From positions 18,586,642 through 18,650,641 of the forward strand of contig CP154954.1 in the NCBI GenBank assembly GCA_039621445.1: a stretch of DNA of 64,000 bases, in the 5' to 3' direction. This document shows, in pieces, positions 55,095-64,000 of the stretch (positions within the stretch are counted from its first letter, which is position 1; the number at the start of each line of letters is the position of its first letter). The notes under the pieces are model-generated. The model was not told the origin of the DNA. It saw only the letters and a list, made by a program, of their open reading frames with translations, and searched no databases. Source of the DNA: Euglena gracilis (taxonomy: Eukaryota). The position numbers were made by a program, and so were the translations under genes.

Positions 55095-58000
55095 GAGGTC
55101 AAAGTCCTCTACCTCTATCTGACCCACCTCTACCTCTACCATAAAATGTTATAAACTGGCACCATAAGGGGCCACAAAAGGCTCCAAATGCCTCAAATTT
55201 GGCAAGTTAGCATCTTAACACATCTTATTTAGGTTAGGAATGAGAAAAAATATCCGGATGGGTGGTTTCAAAATTGCCATAAGAGATTTGTCACAAGAAT
55301 GGTCAATTTCTGATTTTTTCCATAAAATTGCCTTCGTTCGACATATATTTTCTTTGATAAGCCACTTTCCTTAAAGGTTTGACATTGAGGTGACATAGAG
55401 GGATAGCAGAGGTAGAGGTGACCTCAACCTCTACCTCTACCTCTACCTCTACCTATATCCCTCTCCCTCTATCCAGCCCTGATACAGAATATCAATTAAA
55501 ACCTATTTCCTGGGCCCGACACCTGTCTTGAATTTCTACAGACACTAACGGATTTCAGGCGGAATCCGTTAGCGTAAAACAATTTCCAAGACAGGCGATC
55601 GTTAGTGTAAAACGATTTCCAACACAGGGATCCGTTGGTGTAAAATGATTTCCAAGACAGGCGATCGCTTTCATAAACAAAAAGGTCCTAAAAAGGCAAG
55701 ATGTGAGGAGCAAACAAAACACAGCTGAGGCAGCGGTGCTGTTGATCACGGTGGACGACGAAACGAAAGGGGGGACCCCGCATCGGTGCATATTTTTCAT
55801 AGAGCCCACGACAAACGACAGATTTTTTTGCCCATCAACTTGGCTCAACAACAGGGATTTTTGTGGTCCTCCTCTGTTCCTCCTCTGTCAAAATCCCAGG
55901 TGCTATTTGTTGAGCAGTTTCCATGGCACGCACCCCTCTTTCACGTTTGAGCACTGCAGCAAATTCATTGAGCAACGGAACGGTTCGCCCCCTTAGCCAT
56001 TAAGAACAAAAACTGAGGACAAGAAGAACATGTCACCATCGTCAAAGAGCAAACGATTTCCAAGACAGGGATTCGTTAGAAAACGGCCAAAACTCAAGCC
56101 AGGTGCATCGGTCGAATGAATTTTCAAGACAGGCGTGCGGGCCCAGACGAAATAGGTTTTAGTAAATCAACAGACACTAACGATTTCAGCAGGGGCGCCG
56201 GGCCGCTCGCTTCGCTCGCACGGCCCGGCGCCCCTGCTGAAATTGTTAGCGTCTGTTGATTTACATAGAAAGCTCTTTCCAAGACCTTTCAAATGATGCC
56301 CACAGAGCTCAACCACACTTCGCAGGGCTCTGAAAATCGCCAATCGCATGTTCCGCCCTTTTTTTACAAATTCCAAATTCCACTGTTCCCCTGCAATGTT
56401 ACCCATGGATTGAAAGCTCTTCTCAAGGGCAACCGGAAGATGGCCTCGGGTTTCAGCCACACTGTATGGTGTTCTTATTTTCTAAATTCCCCCAAAATCG
56501 CCAAAAGGATTTATTGCACAAAAATACTCCAAATACAGGTCAATACCCCCCCCAAAAAACTACTCAGATAAGGTTGCCACATCTCAGCAAACCATTTGGA
56601 CACTTTTTGGCACTTTTCATTTTGGCCGACTAAGTTCATTACGGTGCACCAGGGCTGGAGGTACAGGTTTGGAAAAACACCCATACGTATAAGTCCACCA
56701 CGTATACCTATACCTAACCTCCATTATTTTCCCTCAAAACCCTTTCATTACCAAACATATAAGAGATATAGGAGACATAGCTGGCATGTCCTCCTGGCAG
56801 CGGTGATGACCCCCAAGTCCCCAGAGTCATCGCATGATGGATGGTCAAACCTCAGAGAAGTCTGAGCTGCCCCCCGGAGGATTGTTCCCGGTTGGGTGGG
56901 GTGTGGGCTGGGCCGGGGTCGGCATTGGTTTCGCTTTTAGCGTACACGAAATCGCACAGCACAACAGGTGCGCACTGGTCGGCCACTCTGGAATCCAAAA
57001 GAATTTGACCCAAAACCGTGAAAAAAAGGCCAAAAAATTTTCCGGTGCCTTTGGCGCCGGGTCACTTTTGTGGTTTTTGGCCGACCCTCCCCGGGGGGGG
57101 GAGGGGTCCGGGCCAAAAACCCGTCAGTCACTCTGAAAAAACCAACCCCCCCGGGGGGGGCAGTGACTAAGTGATTATGTGGTCCGGACCCCCCCCCTCC
57201 AGCTTGCAGGGAGGGACCCCCTCCCACCTGAACAATGGCGCGGTCCTGGTGACTGGTTTTCAGGCCGCACAAAGATTCAGGCCGAAAAATTTTGACCCCA
57301 AAAATGACCAAAAGCGCCATTTTGGGCACATTTTGGGCAAAAAAATGCCAAAAATGCAAAAAAAGACTCGGTGCAAAGCGTCGGAAGGGAAAATTTGACT
57401 TTGAGGGGGTGGGGACATCCCCCCATCCACACCCCGTATGCCCTCCTTATATCGAACCCTGACGACCCCCCCCCTTGGCACCTCATTCAAAATCGGCTGA
57501 TTTTCTGGCCCGGACTTCGGCCAGACCGGAATGACGCGTGCCCCCCCCCCGGTAAAAAATGCAGGGATGGGTGAGATGGTCCGCCCAGTTGGCTGGCCAG
57601 CCTGCGGCCGGCTGGCCCGGCCTCTGGCCGGGCTGGACCCAATTTTATTTTACTCGACCCCCAGGGGGGGGGGGTTGTCCCACCCACAGGTTCATTTAAC
57701 ACTTGTGTGGTGGATTGGTTTTTTTTTATGGGTGGGTGGGTTAGGACCGCTGGCGTCTTTTTTAAAAAATTTTTTTTCAAAAAAGCCATTGAGGGGTATG
57801 GGCAAAAAAAATTGCTCCCATTCGCCGCATTTTTTTGCGCCCCCCCCCCCTGCTTGGTCAAAAATGGAACCAAAATGGAATGGTTTCTACTACAAAAGGG
57901 GGGGGCGGACGGCGGTTCCGTCCTTCGGACGGAACCGGCGTCCGGAACACCGGGTTTTGGACAGAACCGGCGTCCGCCCCCCCTTGTTTAAAGCGGCGTT

Positions 58001-59661
58001 TTAGAGACGCCGGGCTCAGGACCGAACCGGCGTCCCCACCCTTCGGCCAAAGGACACTCCCAGGACCAATCTCCGACCACTGATCTGCAATGTCACACCA
58101 CTTTGCACTTCACCAAATTCCGGCGATCGCGAGGGTATTTCTGGCTGTGTCAATCGTCCAGGTACAAAGTCACCCCTCAATCGAAAGATCTTTTCATCAG
58201 ACAACTGGCGATCACCACCAAATTCAGCCACGTCGCCTGGAGCTCTTATTTTCTGTCACTGGGAAATCCTAATTTCACAACTCTGGTGCCCCCCAGGACC
58301 CCTCAGGTGGTCGATTCGAAGAGAAAAAACGTTTCTGTAGGGTTTATTCAGCATCTTAAACCAAAAGTCACTGAAGATTGCTACAAGTGTCGACTCAGAT
58401 TCTGGCCGATCCGACGATCGCGAGCGTATCTCGGGCTGCGTGCAACGTTAGGGTACCAAGTTACCCCTCGGTCGAAAGTTCTTTTCAACAGACGACCAGC
58501 GGTGCTCATCAGATCTTTCCACGCCGCATGGTAACCCCCCCCCCTCACTTATAACCCGGGGGTTATAGGATCCTGTTTAGTGGTTGGCCCCGAGGGGGGG
58601 TTATAAGCGGGGGGGGGTTACAGCCTTGGCGGTTCTCTTTGCCTTCTCATGGCTTCCGGGGGGGGGGGGTATAAGTCACGGTTTAGTGCTTGGGCCCGGG
58701 GGGGGGGGGTTATAAGTAGGGGGGGGGTATAGGATGGGGGGGTTATAAGTGGGGGGTCGGGTTTGCTCTATTTCCAAATCTGGGCCAATTTTCACCAAAT
58801 TTGGGCATCCACTCCACTGGTCCCCAAATGACAAAATTCATTGTCCTAGATGGTTGAAACAATATATCAGGACCTTAGGGCCACTTTTGGGCACTTTTGG
58901 TGACATTTTTAGGAATGAAAACCGGACGCCGGGTTTCGGACAAAACCGGCGTTCCTAACACCGGATTTTAGGACAGAACCAGCGTCCGGAAAACCCGTGG
59001 GGGGGGGGACACCAGTTCTGTCCTGAACCCGGCGTCTCAAACGCCGGTTTAAGCAAGAAATTGTGAAAATGGAAAAAATGCCCAATTTTGGCCGTTTTTG
59101 TGGAAAGGGACCAAAACTCTTTGGTTTTTGAGTCATTTCAGTTCATTTCAGGTTCAACCTTGCGATCAAAAGGAAAGTTCGGACCATCGTTTTTTCCTTA
59201 GTTATTTGCTGTTTTTTTACCGTTTTTTTTAATAAAAAAACAAAAAAAAACAAATAAAAATGTTTTTTTTTATAGGAAAAGCGGGGTCCGATCACGATTC
59301 CCGGTGGAGAAACGGGGGGCGCCTACGGCGCCCCCCGTTTCTCCACCGGGAATCGTGATCGGACCCCGCTTTTTTCTTAAAACCGTTAACCAAGTTCACG
59401 GGCTTCCTCGCAGTAGGCAAGCGCTTCCTTACGAGATGCCTAGGGGGTCAAAAATCGCGTTTTTGGCGTTCACGGGTGAACTTTGGCCGTTCACGGGTGC
59501 CGTAGTGCGCACCCGTGAACGAAATTTCCGTCCACAGCTGCCGTGCGTGCACCCGTGAACCGACCACGGTTGCGCAAGGTGTTACCCGTGATCGGAATTT
59601 GAATTTTTTGGGTTCTTTACATTTATGTTTCTGTCTGTCCTCTGCTTTTCCCCACAGTCCG

Positions 59662-61466
59662 ATGAAGCGTTTTGCCAACATGATGGAAGCACAGATGCCC
59701 CGCCCCCCCAACGTAGATGAGTTTTTGGCTGTTTTACGTGGTGCCGGCTCCCTAGGAGCTGCTGCAGTGGTCAAAATTGTGACCTGGGCCCCAAGAACCA
59801 TGCCGCAGTAAAGTGTTTTTTGGAGTATATAGATGTTTGCAACCGGCATGGCGTTGTTTTTGGCTCTTTGGACGAAGTTTTGGTGGGATGGGCCAGATGG
59901 TGTGTTGATGCTCGTGAACTTTTCAAGACGCAGCAGGAAGCCGATGCCTGGGTCCAGACAAGGCAGGAGAAGGTAGGAAAAGATGGGCGCCTTCGCTCCA
60001 TGCCAGTGTCCAGCTTTCGGACCTATGGAGGCCAGGCGCGCCGCTCGGGGGGGTCTCCCCCCCCCTGCGCGGCCCTTGCGCGGCCGCTCGCCCCCCCTGG
60101 ACCCCCCCCTCCCCCCACTGTGCCTAGCATAGCCAAGAAAAAAAAATTTGTGAAAAAATCGCGACTTTTTTGAGGCCCAAAAATGACCAAAAATGACCAT
60201 TTTCGGACATAAAATGCGGCCGGCCGCAGCCCAACCAAAAAAAATTTTGGTTGGGCCGCGGCCGCCGCGGCCCAACCAATTTAACATTTTGAAAGCCAAA
60301 ATTCGCCATGGTTGGGCCGCGGCATTCCGCGGCCCAACTAAAACTCTGTTTTGGTTGGGCGACGGCCGGCCGCGGCAAATTTGGGGGCCGCACGCTCTGC
60401 GTGCGGCCAAAAAAGCACTTTCTTGGTCGAAAATGCCAAAAAATGGCAAAAAAAATGACCACTTTTTGGACCCGAAAATCATCGATTTTAGGATGTGCGC
60501 CGCCCGCGCAAAAGCCGTCGGAACCCCCCCCCCCCCCCCCCCCCCCCCCCCAACGCCCCCCCCCCCCCCCCTGCTGTGCCTAGCCTCCTATGGAAATGCT
60601 ATAAGCAACATTTACAAGGCATTGGCTCCCGTTTATGCCATCATTGTACCATCGTCTGTGTCCCAGTTCCCGCAGTTCAATGCGTTGATGAAGCCACTCG
60701 TCACGCACGAAAGGGCCAAAAAAGCAATGGAGGCCAAGGGTGGGTTGACAAACACAGTTTTGCAGGCGGACGAGTTGCTCACAGTTTTGAAGGCTGCCGA
60801 AGGTTACACACCATTTTTGGTCCAAAGGAGGAATGTCCTTTTATTGGGGTACACCACCGGATACCGAGGGGAGGTTCTTCGTCGGTTGGTGGTCGAAAGT
60901 TTCAAGCCGCAAATTATGGACGGGCGAAAATTGTACAACATCGTCGTGGGCACAATGAAAAACTTGCCCGGAGACCTCAATCACGTCGATCACCAACTTT
61001 TCTCTTTGCTGATCACGTCTGGCGATGACCCGCGTACGTGCCCCGTTCAGGCAATCGACAGACAGGTGGCCATGTTGGAAGCGCACGGTGCTCCTCTGCC
61101 AGAAGGTGCACCAAATTTTTTGTTCTGTTCCGTGCGCAGTCTGAACGCCTGGACCCTGCCGCCAACCCCAATTTCGGGTGAATATTCTTGCGGCATCGGA
61201 AAGTGGGTGTCCAGGGTTTTGGCCAGACCGGTGTCCTTCAAGGACTTGTCCCGAAGAAGTGCCATGTCACGGCTGGTAAACAGTGGGGACTCTCAATTTC
61301 TGAGTGCGCCAAAAATTTCCATGTTACCCCGGCCACAATTTCTGTCTACCACCGCTCAAGACTGGCTGCGCCCATGAAGGTCGCAAAGGTGCTCAGTGGG
61401 GTGAAGTCGGAGGGCTCTGTGCGACCAAATTGTTGGCAGCACGGACTCTGTCACCCGGGACAATGA
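59662..61466 (+). pseudogene. Tyrosine recombinase, disrupted (copy 2)
   Basis: Same motifs and the same three disruptions as copy 1. Confidence 0.85.
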
Positions 61467-61699
61467 TGTTGTTTCTATTCCACCGCATCTGGCGGTGGGC
61501 AGCCGGCGTACGGCCAAGGGCAAGGAGCGCGTGAAGCGTCCAGGGCTGACGTTTTTTTGGTTTTAAAACAAAGCAAAAAAAACTTTATGAATAAAAAACG
61601 GTTTAAAAACGGTTTTTTGTTCCAAAAAAGAGTGTTTTTATTTAAATAAAACATTGCAAATAGGAAAAAAACTTGTTTAAAAACACTTGTTTTAAAACA

Positions 61700-62357
61700 A
61701 TGCCTCAGCCCTGGAAGCGTCCTCGGACCCCGACGCCGCCGCCGTCCCCAAGCTTGCTGGAATCTCCTGATTGGTACACCGGTTTCCCTCGAAAAGTTAA
61801 TTTTCTGTTCTTTTTCTCAGTCTGCGTCCGGCACCACTGCCGATTGACGTGGATTCCGAGGAAGAGGATCTCGACTTGTCCGAGGTGCTCACCCAACCGT
61901 CCGAAAAGGAGTGGCTCACGCCGGAGCAGCGCCGCGCTGCCGAGGCACAGGTTACAGAAATGCTTAAAATTTTGTGTTGGTTCTTACATTTCTCCAGATC
62001 GTTAATCCGCCTCTAAAGCGGAAGCTGAAGTTGGAGGACATGGGTGCGGCCGACGACTGCACCAGCTCCTGCAGGAATGCGGCGAGGTGGTCGGCGTACC
62101 TGAACTGGCACGCAGACCCGGCGCCGGAAGGCGCCACCGTTATCCAAATTCTGTCTGCTGTCCCTTCCGTGTTCCCACCCGCACCCCCATCTTCTATTCC
62201 GTTGTGCCCGCGGTGTGGTGTGCGTGCTTTTAGTGACACGGATGTGGCTGCAGCCAAAAGTGTTCGTTGTTCCGTTTGTGGCGAGACGTATCATTTTGTG
62301 TGTGCTGAGTTGCGTCGCGCGCCGAAAAAAGCGTGGATTTGTCAGGGTTGTCGTTGA
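61700..62357 (+). CDS. PHD-finger protein, intact C4HC3 pattern (copy 2)
   Basis: CPRC..CSVC..HFVC..WICQGC with the same two 47-nt GT-AG introns. Confidence 0.87.
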
Positions 62358-64000
62358 GTTATCCGTCCTGTTGTTCCTCTGACCATGCCGAAAGGCATCG
62401 CGAGCATGTGCCTCGCACCGAAATTTAGTTTGCCGCGTGTCAATTCCCTATGCCACCTCTTGCATTCCTGCCCTTTCCTGCCCATTCACATCCTCTTCCC
62501 TACTGCGTAAATGTTTTTCCTTTTTTATGTAAAACTCCGTCCACGGCTGCCGTCTGTGCACCCGTGAACCGACCACGGGTGCGCATATGTGAAAACGGGG
62601 TCCGTTCACGGGTGTCGTAGTGCGCACCCGTGAACGCACCCCGTTTCCTCACGTGGGGAAGCCCGTGAACGGTTAACGGTTTTAAAAAAAACAAAAAAAA
62701 CACCAGCTATGGTAGGAGGTGAGAAAGCCTATACCTACCACCCCCCCCCAGAATTGACCCCCCCCCATAATTGACACCCCCCCCCCCGACCGAAAATTTT
62801 TTCAGCCGCTCGCGTCCACGGACCAAGGGGTTTGTCAGGAGTCCCTTGTATTTTGCCTTGTCCGTTCGGACCCCCCCCCATAATTGACACCCCCCCATAA
62901 TTGACACTACCTGGGGGGTTTGGAGGGTGTCGGGGGTGTCAATTATGGGGGGGGGGGTATACCTATACCTATACCTATACCTATACCTATACCTATACCT
63001 GTACCTGTACCTGTACCTGTACCTATACCTTCCAATATCCCTATATCCCTATATCCAGCCCTGGGTGCGCATTTTGGGCTCACACGGGATTTTGTGATTT
63101 TGGGTGTTTGGGCCATCCTTGCCTTGCACACAACGTTATTTTGGCCGGGGTCCGGGGGGTGTTGGGTGGTCGGCCCCCCCAATCGACTTGCGCCCATACC
63201 TTGAGATGAGCCGACACAGCTAGAGGTAAGCTCGTGATCGTCGGAATTTGGCAAAATGCAAATCAGCGAGACATTCAGATTAGTGGTGGGAGATTGGTCC
63301 TGGGAGTGTCCTTTGACTGAAGGTTGGGGACGCCGGTTTTGTTGTGAACCTGGCGTCCCAAAAACGCCGCTTTAAGACAGGGGTGGTGGACGCCGGTTCT
63401 GTCGTGAACCCGGCGTCCAGGGACGCCGGGTTTACGACAAAACCGGCGTCCCCCACCCCTTTTCTGATATAGTGTGCCCCGGAGGCTAGGCGCGCCGCTC
63501 GGGGGGTCCGGGACCCCCCCCCCCCGCGCGGCCCCTGCGCGGCCGCCCGCGCGGCCGCTCGCCCCCCCCCCTGGACCCCCCCTCCCCCCACTGTGCCTAG
63601 CATAGTCAAGGGAAAAAATTTTGGTGAAAAATCGCGATTTTTTGAGGCCCAAAAATGACCAAAAATGACCATTTTCGGACACAAAATGGTAAATTTGGGG
63701 GCCGCGCGCTCTGCGCGCGGCCAAAAAAGCACTTTTTTGGTCAAAAATGGCCCAAAAATGGCAAAAAATGACCACCTTTTGGACCCGAAAATCACCGATT
63801 TTAGGATGTGTTCCGCCCGCGCGGCCGCCCTCGGCCCCCCCCCCCCCCCCCCCCCGCGCGGCCGCCCACGGCCGCTCGCTTCCCCCCTAGCCCCCCCATT
63901 GTGCCTAGCCTCCTTCGCCATCTCGAGAGGACCACAATGTAATTTGTTGAATTTTTTTGCAGTGCCTCCCATGAGAGCTCCGAGCAGAGATGTTGCTATT

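Larger units (their letters stand above)
59277..62685 (+). mobile_element. Copy 2 of the tyrosine-recombinase + PHD element
   Basis: Hairpin 59277-59373; 13-8-13 sites at 59488-59521 and 62603-62636; same TIRs. Confidence 0.85.

Overview
Eukaryotic, repeat-dense genomic DNA, most likely from a euglenid. The evidence is the intron type: most introns of the one host gene lack GT-AG ends and instead pair CAG at +4..+6 with CTG at -8..-6. The host gene is a CLPTM1-family membrane protein on the minus strand (10 exons, 13879->2439; both ends not found). About 25 kb (3925-29049) is repeated after a 13-N gap (39338-64000), probably a second haplotype or a tandem duplication. The rest is nested inverted-repeat mobile elements. 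Main find: a ~3.4 kb element (24300-27716; copy 59277-62685) carrying a decayed tyrosine-recombinase gene and a PHD-finger gene. Both genes lie between two directly oriented 34-bp sites with loxP/FRT geometry (13-bp arms, identical 8-bp spacer CGTAGTGC). These sit inside TTAA-ended terminal inverted repeats (TIRs), with a perfect 47-bp-arm hairpin outside one end. Several other elements here share this hairpin-outside-TIR plan, and one carries a second PHD-like gene. One CLPTM1 intron still shows element-type TIRs and an 8-bp target-site duplication (TSD), directly linking CAG..CTG elements to nonconventional introns. All calls were made by eye, with no database searches.
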